A stretch of 63,562 nt of DNA, counting the filler, from Perkinsus chesapeaki ATCC PRA-425 (taxonomy: Eukaryota; Protista; Perkinsozoa), in assembly GCA_013115145.1 (NCBI GenBank). It is 12 parts of 12 records of this genome, joined end to end, with 100 filler letters (N's around TTAATTAATTAA, not from the genome) between each part and the next. Parts side by side here need not be neighbours in the genome. Positions count along the whole stretch, not along the records: positions 11,979 to 43,818 come from JAAPAO010000411.1; 11 more parts are not named here. One strand, 5' to 3'. This document shows, in pieces, positions 23,842 through 36,402 of this stretch. Each line of letters starts with the position of its first letter. The stretch's first letter is position 1. The position numbers and the translations under genes are program-made. Below the pieces are notes generated by a model that was given only the letters and a program-made list of their open reading frames with translations, had not been told where the DNA came from and did no database searches.

Positions 23842-25519
23842 TCAGCCACTGAGTGTACAAGTAGTAGTGAACCCCCCATCAACACTTAAACAGCTACCAG
23901 TAGTCATCGATGATGCATCGCTCAACAAGTACATCACTGCCGCTGTCACCTACCGCAACAACACTCCCCAATCTCCATGGTATCCTTATAAAGTACCTCG
24001 CTCATATCCGCGAATCGTCCCAGTGGTATCCTATCACGCATCGGCTTAGCCTTCTCATCCAAGCCCCAGACTCTCGTCCCCATTGGTGTCATTACAACAG
24101 TAGGACACACAGAATTGCACCTTATACCCATCGGACCTACCAATGAATACTCCGACCAATCTCAAAGGCTACACCACTGCACGGGATGGACATCGAGGAA
24201 GCCGCGATGATAGCGCAGCCACACCTAGGACCTCACAATAGGATTTCATTAATGAGACCTCTGAAAGATGCAGTGCGGGAGTTAGTAACTCACGATGACT
24301 TCGGAGGTTCGTCGAAGACCACCTAATCGTCGCACGCATTTAACCTCCCCTAATACCCAGCTCCAAAGCAGTCATCTTGGTAAGCATATCCAGCCCAGCC
24401 TTCGACACACAATAGCCTGTATGGTATGGCAGGGCTATTGAGGAGGCCTGGGAGCTTATATTAACCTATTACCAAAGATACTCCCTATACCATTCGATGC
24501 CCCCTCACTATAGACCCCTTTATCCCTTGCTTCTTCATAATCGCTCCTACCACTTTAGTGGCTACAAAAGCACCTCCAACATTCGTATCCATATGCTCAT
24601 CGAACTTCTCACTTGTCATCTCTAATAAAGGGTCCAATCTCTGACAGAAGCATCACAGTCGACAACGCCGCTGTCCCCGACCAAGCACTACTACCGCGAT
24701 GCCCGCACAGTTCACAAGACCATGAACCTTCTCCACCTCATCTAGCTGATCTCTAAGGGCCGCTTCGAACACATTATGATCGGAGACATCTGCCGCCAAA
24801 TGGGAGAGCTTAGCGGCTGTGTCGTGCTCTAGTGTCGAATACTGACATTTACAGCGGCAGCATGGTAACCCGCAAAGTGCAGTAATTATAATAAAGGATG
24901 GAACGTCACAAGTGACGACTCGAAGCACTTATAATTACTTCGCGTCTTGCAACAAAGGTCGGTGAGGGCATAGACGCCAATATTACTAACCATCACCCGA
25001 GCAAGCCAGTAACAGTTATTAATTATCGAAAGGAGGAAATCAAGTATCTCATCAAGCTCCTCAGTCCTGCAGCTGCTGCAGCTGCTTCAATTGAATATGT
25101 TCATTACAGCTTGTCATTACGCTTCTAATTTATAACCGTTACCATGCTCACACCACATTCGATATCAACCATAACGGCTGTATCTTAATGACAGTAAAGG
25201 CATCTATAGTGGTAGACTACAAGTATGGTAATATGCCCGCGAACGACGACAGAAATGACACCTCGGTGATCGGTTGTACCAAACTGAGGTGTATCTGCTC
25301 TTGACTGCTCTAGACGTGTTGTTAACCGCCTTATAAATTCCAGCCTAACTACAACCGCCCCCTTAGACGTACCAAATCCTCCAAGTCGGTCCTCGTCCGC
25401 GATACCGCGAGGACTCGAGCGTTGTTGCGCAGCAATGAGACCGTTATGTCTCTACCGATGCCTTTGCCGGCGCCAGTAACAACGAAGGATCTATTCAGAA
25501 AATCATACGCCACAGACAT
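23842..25519 (-). CDS. DCXR: Short-chain dehydrogenase, L-xylulose reductase-like
   Basis: [10 protein letters not shown] Rossmann motif, [21 protein letters not shown] (YxxxK), [14 protein letters not shown] and [21 protein letters not shown]. Confidence 0.85.
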
Positions 25520-25722
25520 GGTCTAAAAACACTAACTGTAAAGCTTTTCAGACTGACCATGGATCTTTTGACAACGAAACAATGCAATTGATAGAAGAGG
25601 CCTCAGTTATGTTGGTGGAAGTAAATCTTAGCAACGATTAGACAGGCCTCCAGTATAAGAGCCTCCATGGGCGATGAAAGCGGAGAGAGTGACGTGGGGA
25701 TGATGATGATGACGCCACGGAC

Positions 25723-26664
25723 TTAAGCGTAGTTATCAATGATAGACTTGTTCACATCAGCCATTGTAGCTCCCTCCTTTCCAGGCTCCTCCTTTGAGAA
25801 CTGCTGAAGCTTGAAGATACTCTCAATAACAGCAACCTAATATGACAAGTAATGCTTCCCTTCAGTCCAGCTAGACCACCATCCAGTAGTACCTCGGTGG
25901 CAGTGGTATCCATACCACAGAAGGCAGCCCAATCATTTGCCACCATACCAGCACCAACAGCATCGGAACCTCTATTAACAGTACCAGCAGTGAGAGGAAC
26001 CTGACCAATGATTGCGATAACTAGACTAAGGAGCAACTTATGTACCTGAAGGAGCTGACTAAGCTCGTCCATCTCCTCTACAGTAGTCTTAGGGTGGACC
26101 AATCCTCCTTGGTTGGTAAGAGTAAGGTAAGTGCCGACTAGTACATTACCGGCAACCGCACCACGGAACACCTCAACCTATATCGACCACGGTAATCATC
26201 TCAAAACAAAGACACTACTACCTGTAGAACGTCCTGAATGATCTCTTCGGTTTCCCTATCAAGATCAGGGTGGACCAAGGCTACATAATCGTTACATACT
26301 ATGCAATTGCCTAGGGCCGACAACCGCTCCTCAACCCGTTGGATCTGAAACATCCGTAGCAGCCTTCGCTCATCCTCTAGACTACCTTCACACTATCAGG
26401 CAATGCGTTCCTCAAATGTTGCAATTCATTGTCTGTAGTAATACTCGGGACCAAGAGACCGTGTCGGTTACCAACGCACACCCGACCGGGGATCCTTGTG
26501 CCCCCAATAGTAGCGTGGACCACTGGGATATGAGGCTTCAACTCGCTCTCAAAGGCCGAGTAGAAGTTCTCACTCCCTCCCAGTGCTACGATACAGTACG
26601 AGTTCGTCAGCGTAGCAAAGACGCCGACTTCGTTCGAGTTTTCGAAGGCGCACCTTACGGCCAT
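25723..26664 (-). CDS. EIF6: Eukaryotic translation initiation factor 6
   Basis: [23 protein letters not shown].., [41 protein letters not shown] and DTTATE. Four short introns. Confidence 0.97.
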
Positions 26665-26987
26665 TCTTCAATAAACAATGGTCCAACAACTACAGTAATC
26701 GATCTATCATCACAAACCTTCCAAGTGATGTCTAATACCACGCTAAACGCTAGTGAATCAAACGATATTCAATGCTTGTGCAGAAACCAGCATCACGGAG
26801 CTAGATAGATCAGTCGGATTAGGAAGTGTTGATAAAAAGGTTTATGTACAGCGGACAGAGAAATGATAGAAAGTATCGAATAAAGTTTAATAATTGAACA
26901 AGTAAAACGCCTGCCAAATTCGGTAACGTTTTCGTGTCGGTTTTGGCAATGGGATATAGCGAAGAGTACGATAAAAATGCTGTAAAA

Positions 26988-27059
26988 GGGCTGAGCCGAG
27001 AATCGAACTCGGGACCTCTCGCACCCAAAGCGAGAATCATACCACTAGACCACACAGCC
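26988..27059 (-). tRNA. tRNA-Pro(TGG)
   Basis: 72-nt cloverleaf GGCTGTGTGGTCTAGTGGTATGATTCTCGCTTTGGGTGCGAGAGGTCCCGAGTTCGATTCTCGGCTCAGCCC. Anticodon stem CTCGC/GCGAG, TTCGA T-loop, TTTT terminator immediately downstream. Confidence 0.97.
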
Positions 27060-27184
27060 GATACGAAAACACAATCAAACAAATGTTGGATACGTGTACG
27101 CACATAACAAAACTTAACTCAACCCGTACAAACGTCATAACGTCTTGGTTTATGCATGCTACACAACTGTGTATAACCTATTGG

Positions 27185-27927
27185 TCAACTATTTCCCACG
27201 AATACATTCAGGTCTAGTAACATCGTCCCACCAGCTTGACGACTCCTCATCAAACGTGTCATTTTGGGGACCCTCCGCCTAGCCCAATATTTATGAGCTC
27301 CTGTAGCCTATGTGCAGCGATCAATGTTACCAGTATAACCGTGGCAACCAGCAATACCTGTCGTCATCATCATCGTCTATAGGCAAAGTCCCACTGTACT
27401 TACACACCATGACCTGTCACTGATGCTGTGCCCCACCCTAGCCGCCTTTTGCAGCTCACGAACGGTCTCTGAGCTACATCTCAACCAGGCCTGCCACCAC
27501 TGCCCTGCTCACCCTTGCTATCGTTCACTGTCGTCTCCACTGTGTTCTCAACGCTGGCTATTTGCTGCCCTTGATCCGATACCATCACCGCCAAGTCCCG
27601 AAACATATCCGAAACTTGCTGAACCTGCCGCTTCAAGTCCATGTCAAGCCCCTAGCGCACGCTCCTTTAACCTGTTCATGTATCCGAGATATCCCCACGT
27701 GCCGCTCATGCGCCACCCTTTCATCCACAAACGCATGGGACTTCTCACCAGAAGATGCCTGCAAAACGAAGCCAACCTATAGACACCAACATCGGGCGGG
27801 TCCTCACCGGCTTGCGATGCTCCAACTCCTGTGCGAGAAGGCCATGACTCTCCTCCAGATGTTCATCTGTCGCATCGCCGTAGTGACTCAATGGCGGCTG
27901 GTGACGCCCCAGATGCGATGATCTCAT
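27185..27927 (-). CDS. Syntaxin-type (Qa) SNARE, short, multi-exon
   Basis: Spliced reading GISRIHEQ|VQQVSDMFRDLAVMVSDQGQQIASVENTVETTVNDSK|..ETVRELQKAAR..WC|VLLVATVILVTLIAA gives a SNARE motif with layer-0 Q plus a C-terminal TM helix. Confidence 0.8.
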
Positions 27928-28062
27928 ATACACTAAAGCTCTAATCGCGCCCTCAATTAGCCAATAACCCAAAACTCCATTGACCACAACAAAGCCTACC
28001 GCTTCACAACAGTGTTATGTTACATGCTGCAGCTGTTACTGCTGCACCGACATCTACTACGA

Positions 28063-29720
28063 CTAGTACCCGAAGGACGTCAAGTTGCTCTTATAAGAGC
28101 CAGGCCCTGGCACCTTAGAGCTCCACTTATTAGGAACATTCCAGCCCTGAACAGGAACCTCTACAACTACCATCACCACCACCACCGCACCGCCCTCCTA
28201 CAGCTGGTCGACTGGACATGCTGAATGCTGGCGAGGACGTCCCGGTACCTTTCACGTTCTGCAAACTGTACCTGCCATTGAATCGGCCCCTACGGAGCTT
28301 TCTCAGTAGCATTTGCCTACGAGCCCGGTCCTGGCACTTTGAAGGCCCTTTTTAGTGACCCACCACTATGAGGAAAGGAGTAACCATGATGCTCTGCCGA
28401 CACACCCAATATTGTGGCGCGTGACTCTCAACCTCACCTTTAAGGATGCTGCTAGGAGAGTAGGTGCCCGGTCCCGGATTCTTCAACACGCCTCTGGAGA
28501 CCCCCAACGTATCCTTCTGAACCACCAGACATCCCCCATCACCACCCACTACCGCCGTTGCCCACTTACCGAAGACCGCGACCGTAAGGTGTAGCTAGGC
28601 CCACTGCCCAATTGGTCAGCAGTACTGCTGTAAGTGCCAGGTCCAGGCATTAAAGCCGCTACAGGGACACCATGGCAGTGAATCGGCAAGGCTATCTGCT
28701 ACCTGAGCGGCTACTAGGGCCACCGATAGGCGGTCGAACACTGGTTCCAAAACCGTAGCTCAGACTAGCAGCTAAGACAGGGTCCTTGGGCTGGTACCTG
28801 CCCCCGACATCGTACCATCATGCAGCCACAAACCAGCTTAATAAATCACAATGCTAGCGAGCGTCAGAGTCCAGTCGGCGCATGATCTAGCTGACACCAA
28901 AGGCGATCCATCGGGTTTGGGCGAGAGAAGTTCCGGTCGGCTGAGGCAGCAGCCTCAACGAGATTTCTACAGTATTGTTAGACTACTAGCAAAATCATCA
29001 TCAACTTTCGAAACCTTCCAGACAGTTCCTCTAAGCACTACCACCTTAAACCACTTGGTGAGGAAGTTTTTTACAGAGGCCGTAACTCGAGGAATATTTC
29101 AGCGCCTCATTAAGTGGAGGTACTAACTTTGCCCTAGTATCCCCCTCCTCCTCCTGCCGCACTACTTTCCCGGTCCAGGTAGCTCGTTCTTCCGATTCAT
29201 GAACCTCTGACTGTTACCAAATGCATATCGCGGGGCACCCTGAGCAATCCCGTCCCTTCACAGACCCTACACCGACTCCTTCTACCTTCATCTTGGGGCT
29301 GCTGTAGAGTATAGGAGGATCGTACGCTCCGGGACCAGGATTGGCGGCGTTGCAAGAGTAACTGCATCACAGCACTCCAACACTACAGCCATCTCGCCTC
29401 CTACAAATTCCTTCCGCCCATGGTCCACTTTGGTGCCTTGTTGAAGTTGGACAGACTCACCATATACGAGCCATTTCCCTGGAACATTTGAGACCGGCAA
29501 GACGATTGGGTTGATGCCATCATAATGTTGTGGGTAGGAGAGGTCCGACTGATCACAGGTGAACCTGCACCACCACCCCAGCGATGACCAACTCCTTCTA
29601 ACAACACCATTTACTCCTTGTTGTCTTCAGATGGTCTCCTTCGTCCTCGACTGCCCGGAAGCTCGACCCTACAGCCGGCGATACCGGTGCAGTGGCGGCT
29701 GCCCCGGGAGGATAAGCGGC
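28063..29720 (-). CDS. SHIPPO/PGPGxY-repeat axonemal protein (ODF3/STPG-like)
   Basis: Repeated PGPGAY, PGPGTY and PGPGSY motifs with KWTMGGR and AFSMSSRP linkers across many short exons. Start uncertain. Confidence 0.8.
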
Positions 29721-29906
29721 AGTAGCGAGCATGCTGGCTGCTTCGGGCTCGGGGACAACTCCTGAGAAAGCCTAAGCTCAGGCGAAGGAGGAGGCCTTAC
29801 CAAGCAGGACTTGTATTTCACTGCTAACGCTACCGCCACTACCCGAGTTAATAACGTACCTAACACGGGATCGAACCGGAGACCTTTTGATTACCCTCCT
29901 TTGGAC

Positions 29907-30688
29907 CTACTCAACCCCTATTGACCTATCCGCCTTCGCCTCCAAGAAGGCCTCGACTATAGTACGGTCCGTCGGTCGTTGCTGTAAAGTGCTGACCAGC
30001 CACGGCACACCAGACGGATCTGAAGGAGCCTTGCCAGGCAATACCTCCTTCGTGCCTGCTTGTAATACCATAATGGTCGGGATGAATCCTCCCCTCCGCG
30101 AAGACGGCCTTAACCACATCCCGCCGGCCCTCCGAAATAGACCATGCCAGTAACTGAACATAAGCTGGATGATGCCACTAGCCCAACTATGCAAGGACCT
30201 GTTGTAGGTCTTCCAATGAAGCTTGGGCGAATCTAGTTGCTTCCAGAGGGTGGTCTGAAGCCTTTTGGTCGGTAATAAGGTCATCACCAATGTCGGTTGA
30301 GGCCTACAAAAGTAATGGAGGATATATTCTTAGATGACCGGATCACATGTTCCTCCATAATAGTGATGGCTTCCTGTCCATCTGGTTGACCTTCTGGAGC
30401 AAGCTCTACACTAATCCCGGCACCACTAGCCTCTCCTCCCTCCTCCACAGCACCACTAGCCTCTCCTCCCTCCTCCACAGCACCACTAGCCTCTCCTCCC
30501 TCCTCCACAGCACCACTAGCCTCTCCTCCCTCCTCTACAGCAGGGTCTTCTCGAGTACCTATATTGAGGTGTTGTCGATGATATTCGTTATTATCACCAA
30601 TACCTTCATCTTCCCTTTCAAAATCATCATCATAATCATCCCCGGCATGCGGGGTGGCAGCAACTGAGGGCTCCTCGTGGGGAGGCAT
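29907..30688 (-). CDS. Hypothetical protein with acidic N-terminus and 10-aa repeats
   Basis: ATG at 30688, DDYDDDFE motif, (AVEEGGEASG)x4, further exons downstream. Confidence 0.5.
30421..30540. repeat. 30-bp coding minisatellite, 4 copies
   Basis: CACCACTAGCCTCTCCTCCCTCCTCCACAG x4, with one substitution in the last copy. Confidence 0.95.
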
Positions 30689-31376
30689 TCAAACGCAACG
30701 GAAAGAAAATAATTTCCTATTCTGCGCACTTCCGCTCTATTTCGTGGCGCGCGACAAGAAAACGGGTTTTGAAAACCCAAAACCCGTTAACATTTGCGTC
30801 TCGGACCGTCCAATGACGCCACGTGTTTCATTCATCTACGCGATTTCAACACATCTTCTGCTCTACTATTTATAAATTCATCTTACGTTGACGTAGCTTT
30901 AACCTCCTCCCTCTTCCATTTATAAATTCTTCCTAGTAGGTGCCTTTCTACTATCACTGTTCCTAGTGGACAAGATAGGTTAATTAATATCATAGTCAAT
31001 CGTGGTGTAATTCATACCCAACACCCAGAGTCAATGGACTTACTTCAACCCTTTTTACATACATCTTTACATATTTTTCCATCTTGTGGACGATGATCTT
31101 TACAATCCACTTGCAACCTAATGCTAGCAGTACAGTTCTGGAGAGTGGTGTCACCATCGATGAAAGATCTGGAAGTGTCGAATCATGATCTGATGTCGCG
31201 TCAAGGAGAGGGAGGCGGGTGTGAGAAAATCCTTTTTATCTTGAGCTCTTCCCGGCGCTGCTTTGTGCTGGAAAACGTGTGTGGTAGCGCTGAGGCCCAA
31301 AATATGCCTGTGTCTACTAAATCACTAATCTGGCTAAGGCGTATCATCAGTAATTGGATTCTTAGTCCCTCTTTAA

Positions 31377-32367
31377 ATGACGGCGACCTCGCCCCAGAAG
31401 AAGGGCGCTGCTGCTGTACATCCGCCAAGACACCCAATAGAGGTATCGGAACTGGGGCGGAGGTTCAACCCGTATGAGATACTCGGGGTCACTAAAACGG
31501 CAACCTCTACTGTGGTTAAGAGGGCATACAGGAAGCGAGCTTTGAAGCTGCATCCTGATAAAAATCCAGGGGAAGAGCAGGCCATCTATGCTGCAATGTT
31601 CAATAACCTTACATTAATGTAATAAGGGGGTGGTTTAGGGCAGGATTTGGCGGAAGTATGGTATAGATACGAGGCGTTGTTGGATCCTGCTACACGGCAA
31701 GCAATAGATGATAGGATAGCAGCTTCTGAAAGAGAGGAGGAAACTCGGCAGATGCAGAATGCCCAACAGAGTCGATTAAGGGAGGATCTGTTAATGAAGT
31801 AATATACGGCTGAGGCGCTAACACTGCCTCGGGGGGACTTTTGAATGGTCGACAGAAAAGTGCTTTATTATTGATTGTTGATTCTGAAGCTTTCCTCCGT
31901 GTACCTATAGTTCTGGTCCGAAATGATTCTACTTTACAGCGAGATTCGTAATTGAGAATCCCCACCTTCCGGAAAGAGCCGTGGGATTTTTGTGCGCGAA
32001 CGGGGACAACTTCCGCAATGCCTACATATAGCCTGTAGATATAAATGACATACCGGTTTCCTTCAGAGAGCGGATTTGGAGAGAGAAGTCTGCGGCTAAG
32101 GATGAGAAGGATCGGATCAAAGCTGCTAACCAGGAGCTCTTGGATGCATTGAAGGCTCGACGAGAAAAAGAATTGCTAGCATCACGCCGCACCCACACAG
32201 CAGCTGCATCACTCCTCGGCAAACGGCCTCGGAGCCCCCCAAGGTCCAGGACAGTGGCATCCTCGGGGTCTTTGGACGGTATTATCAATAGTGTTTGGGA
32301 GGAGCTTGTGCACGCGGCTGCCGTCCACGATCACGGAGGAGGACCCCAGGTGAGAGTGCAGGTATAA
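31377..32367 (+). CDS. J-domain protein (DNAJC17/Cwc23-like layout)
   Basis: [25 protein letters not shown] (HPD motif), then [21 protein letters not shown] and a charged helix. Multi-exon. Confidence 0.8.
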
Positions 32368-32451
32368 AGCGTTCATTAATGTAAACTTTCTTATCGATAA
32401 GTTGCTGTTAAGTTGCTGCTGGGCCGAATCAGATTGCTGTAGCTTTTTAAA

Positions 32452-33465
32452 ATGCCTCACTGTACGGCGTCGCTTCTGGCAGGGCTGCAGCATAAGACAG
32501 CCGATGAGGTGATCCCTCAAGAATTAACAGCATTGACGTGGAAGTATTTAACACGTCGAGTATTCATACCGACATTATCACCGACGTGTTTGAAGACCAT
32601 AGAGACGAGACTTGATCGTCTGGTATTACAGGACAAGCAATCGATGGATCTTGTGGCTGACAGCGGTGTAGCATATTTTAAGTCGGAGGATGACTCGAAG
32701 ATATTTGTACTCGACAAGCTGGGCAAGATGCTTCATCCACGAAGTCTCCAAGGGTCGGGTTTGATGATGCAGCTTGCCGGGATCGAACCGGAGTCTGCTG
32801 CTCTGTATACATTCCAATGGAATAGCTCTAAAGGAGTTATGGAGCTACACGTGGACAGCTCTGACCGAAGCGATGAGCCAGAATGTTGTTGGTCGGCTGA
32901 TGGCTTACTTCAAGCCCGGCCTTTATTCGCTGCCTGCGGGCGTAATATTTTCGTGGCTAATTGCGGCCTCCAGGGTTCGAACCCGGTCGCGGCAATCGAT
33001 GTGAAGTGTTCTGTGGGGAATGGTGATGATGATCCAGATAAGTGGATCAAGATTCTAGCGCCTCTGCCGGGTGAGCTCATTCGAGCTATCTCTGTTCATG
33101 CGTGCAAAGATACTAGTAGGATCATTTGCGCGATGGAACACAGCATATGGGTTACCGATCTTTGCCTTACTACTCTGTCGCACGGCGCACCGATTGTTTG
33201 GACTAAGATCGGTAACCTTGCTGAAGGCGAGCGAGTATCACAGTTGGTTGGTATTTCTGATAACGTTGTTGTTGGTCTTTTCACACGTTCTGGTGGTTTG
33301 CGAACTCTACGAAGTATCGACTTAGTGAATGGTGTGTTCAAGGACATTATGAGTATGAAGGAAGAGCAAGTTAGCATGTTCCTCACGAAGGACCATATTT
33401 GGATGGCTTCTATGATAGATGAAGGCGTCCCTCAATTTGCCGTAGTTGATCTAGAATGGATATAA
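32452..33465 (+). CDS. Intronless hypothetical protein, F-box-like N-terminus + beta-rich domain
   Basis: 337-aa ORF with IPQELTALTWKYL resembling a degenerate F-box, followed by beta-strand-rich repeats. Confidence 0.6.
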   Translation: MPHCTASLLAGLQHKTADEVIPQELTALTWKYLTRRVFIPTLSPTCLKTIETRLDRLVLQDKQSMDLVADSGVAYFKSEDDSKIFVLDKLGKMLHPRSLQGSGLMMQLAGIEPESAALYTFQWNSSKGVMELHVDSSDRSDEPECCWSADGLLQARPLFAACGRNIFVANCGLQGSNPVAAIDVKCSVGNGDDDPDKWIKILAPLPGELIRAISVHACKDTSRIICAMEHSIWVTDLCLTTLSHGAPIVWTKIGNLAEGERVSQLVGISDNVVVGLFTRSGGLRTLRSIDLVNGVFKDIMSMKEEQVSMFLTKDHIWMASMIDEGVPQFAVVDLEWI

Positions 33466-34806
33466 AGTTTGGTGGTGTAGTGGTAGTGGTTGGGTATGAA
33501 GGTATAACTAGTCAGCACCATTAAGTGCAATATAGCATGTCATTCAAGATATATCCCACAATTTTTCTTATCAGGTCCTGTCTGGTCTCGGTATTCCTTT
33601 ACAGAGGCCAATAATATTTTTCTACAATCTAGCACCAGCGCAATCGCTATGAAGACGCTGCTGGATGCCCGCTATGCTACCGACTCTGTTCTGCTTTAAC
33701 TGTCCTCGATTGGTTGCTGACCTTTTCGGTGACTCGGGTCTCGATGCATACTATGCATAGGGACCTGAGGTTAAGTGGTGGTTGCAGCCTTTTTCACACG
33801 ATAACGAAGGCTACTTATCTCCTAAACTCTCCAGTAGAAGCATTTACAATCTCAAATCAATGTAATGGTAAGGTTCTTGTGTTTGATAGTACGATGAGCA
33901 GTGATACGGATAATAACGTCTGGGCAGCCTTACGCAAAGGTCACCTGCTTTCTGTGAACGCCCAGCTCATTTACTGGGCTAAGATGGATATACCATTCTG
34001 GAAAGTCGACCGTAGTAGTTTGAGATTCGTGTAGTTCCAAGCGTGCCCTGCTCCGAAACCGGTTACATGCAAGTAGATTCTGTATGCAGTCTTAAATATT
34101 AACTATTCGACTATCAACTAATAACTCCATTCAATTACTATTCATTATGTAACTCTGTAAATATTAGCACTCACCACCTTGCTCCTGCCTAGCTCTCTAA
34201 CTGATATTAGCTCGGGTCATTGCACGGACATAGAGCAGCATATGAATACTGTATATACTCGATATTGTACACACCATATCCTATTAAGATTGATTTACAA
34301 CCAAAGACTTGAAGAAATACTGATAACACGACGGCTCAGCAGCAGCAATGTAAAAGCTACTGTAGACGATCAGTGAGAGAGGAAAAAGTGTTCTTTATGC
34401 CACAGTCATCTCTCTCCGTTAGAGATATAATAGAATGGAACCACTCGTAGATGAAAACAGTGACTTCCCAAATAAGCGAGGTAAACAACTGAATTCACCA
34501 AGAGGGCAATTCGGTGAAGGTAAAATGAGCCTTAGTCTCTACAACATATTATGTTCTTCCCGTTGGGCAACTGTTGTTGTCAATAATACTAAACAGGGAG
34601 ACAAGTATCAAGTTAAAGACGGTCAGGTAACGATAAGTAGAGAACAGCGCATATTGTAAACGAGTAGTTTCGAAAGAATACAGTTGGATTATATGTAGGG
34701 TTTCACAGTGACGTTAAAGATTAGTGGTCGACCCGATAAAACTAATCGTAAAGGACGATATAACAAATATTTCACCAGTAGGTGTATCTTATATAACAAC
34801 AACAAT

Positions 34807-36402
34807 CTAAGCCTCCGTATCCACGGCCTTTTCACTCTCGGCATGTTCACGGTCTACCTTATTGAAATAGGGTAGGAGCGCAAGGCAACAAACAGCACCA
34901 ACAACGCAGATGCCAGCAAGAAGCATGTAGTAGTAGTCGTAATGAGAACCAGAGTACATAACAGAGCTGGGATAATCATCAGGGTCGAAGTTGGGCATCC
35001 AAGGCGCGCAAACCTGGAATACAACTCCAGCTAGAAGATTGGCGATAGAGAAGAACAGCAAGTTGAGCGCGGAGGAAACAGCCTTGAGTTGACCAGGGGA
35101 GTAAGTGAAAGCGACTTCGTAGGAAGTGGAGGTAAGGAAGATCTCGCCAGTAGCAATGAGGAAGAACTGAGGTATCTGCCACCACACGGAAACCGTGTTA
35201 AGTGGACGATCCATCACAGCGTACTCGACACCCAAAGCACATAGAAGAGCAGCACAACCCATCATAGAACCAATGAACATCCTGAAGAGGGGGGAAGGCA
35301 TCTTGTTATGCTTTCGGAGGGCTTTGTATAGGATGCCATCAATCCACAGCGAGTTGATAATGATGGATATACTATCGATGTTCTGCATCATAGCGGCGGG
35401 AATCTGCCATCCGAAGGTGTCACGGTTCATCTTCTCGGCCTGTGTTAAGAAGGCAGTAGTCATCTGCGCGTAGGCGATCGTGAAGGGGATAACCAAGGCA
35501 AAGAGAGGAATGAGACGGAAAATAGCCTTAGCATCCTCGATGAACTGATCCTCAAAGCGACCACCTTTGCTCTTCTTGCACTTCTCCAAAGAGCAGTGAA
35601 CAGCAGCATCACCCACAACCTCAATGACTTGGAGAACAGCAGAACCCTGCGGCTTTGGCTTGACGAATCTATCCATAACTCCACCAAGTAGGAAGCAAGA
35701 GGTGGCAACAACAAAGGCAAAGAAGGGTACCAGATAAGCGATGAAGAATCCTTCCTTTTCGACCAAGATTGGAGTAACCAGACCGCCTATCAAGCCACCC
35801 AGGTTAATAGAGGCATAGAAGTATGTGAAGAACCTGGTAATCTGAGCCTTATGATGCTCAGGATGGAACTGCTGAGCACCCATCACATTCACACAGCTCT
35901 TGATACCGCCGCTACCCAAAGTGATAAGCACCATAAGAGACATATGGACCATCCAAGGCTGGGATATAGAAGGAACCGAAGCCAGACATAGTAGAGCAAG
36001 TCCTATAGTGTAGATCACAGAGAATACTAAAATAGTATTGTAGACGCCCAGGAGAGTATCTGCCAAGATAGCCGCGATCAGCGGAGTCACATAGATAACA
36101 GCTTGGAAGGCTGAAATATAGGTGTTGGCAGCAGTATCATTGTAACCGAGGAACTCCTTCAAGAAAGTCTGCAAGTTGGGCGTTATACCGTAGAATGCAA
36201 GACGCTCACAGAGCTCCTGGACCAGAACAAAGATAGTAGCGTTCATCATTGGGTGCTCGTAGTAGTGGTAGACGTTGCCTGAGGCATCAGTCCAAGTAAG
36301 TGGCTTCTTGGAGTTAGTAGGAGATGACGAGGACGATTTATCATCATCTTTGACGAGCTCCTCAATACCAGAAACAGATTCCAGTTCAACGGACTTTGTC
36401 AT
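34807..36402 (-). CDS. POT/PTR2-family proton-dependent oligopeptide transporter
   Basis: QELCERLAFYG (ExxER), LGSGGIKSCV, FYASINLGG and WQIPQFFLIATGEI. About 12 TM, intronless. Confidence 0.95.
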   Translation of the reverse strand: MTKSVELESVSGIEELVKDDDKSSSSSPTNSKKPLTWTDASGNVYHYYEHPMMNATIFVLVQELCERLAFYGITPNLQTFLKEFLGYNDTAANTYISAFQAVIYVTPLIAAILADTLLGVYNTILVFSVIYTIGLALLCLASVPSISQPWMVHMSLMVLITLGSGGIKSCVNVMGAQQFHPEHHKAQITRFFTYFYASINLGGLIGGLVTPILVEKEGFFIAYLVPFFAFVVATSCFLLGGVMDRFVKPKPQGSAVLQVIEVVGDAAVHCSLEKCKKSKGGRFEDQFIEDAKAIFRLIPLFALVIPFTIAYAQMTTAFLTQAEKMNRDTFGWQIPAAMMQNIDSISIIINSLWIDGILYKALRKHNKMPSPLFRMFIGSMMGCAALLCALGVEYAVMDRPLNTVSVWWQIPQFFLIATGEIFLTSTSYEVAFTYSPGQLKAVSSALNLLFFSIANLLAGVVFQVCAPWMPNFDPDDYPSSVMYSGSHYDYYYMLLAGICVVGAVCCLALLPYFNKVDREHAESEKAVDTEA

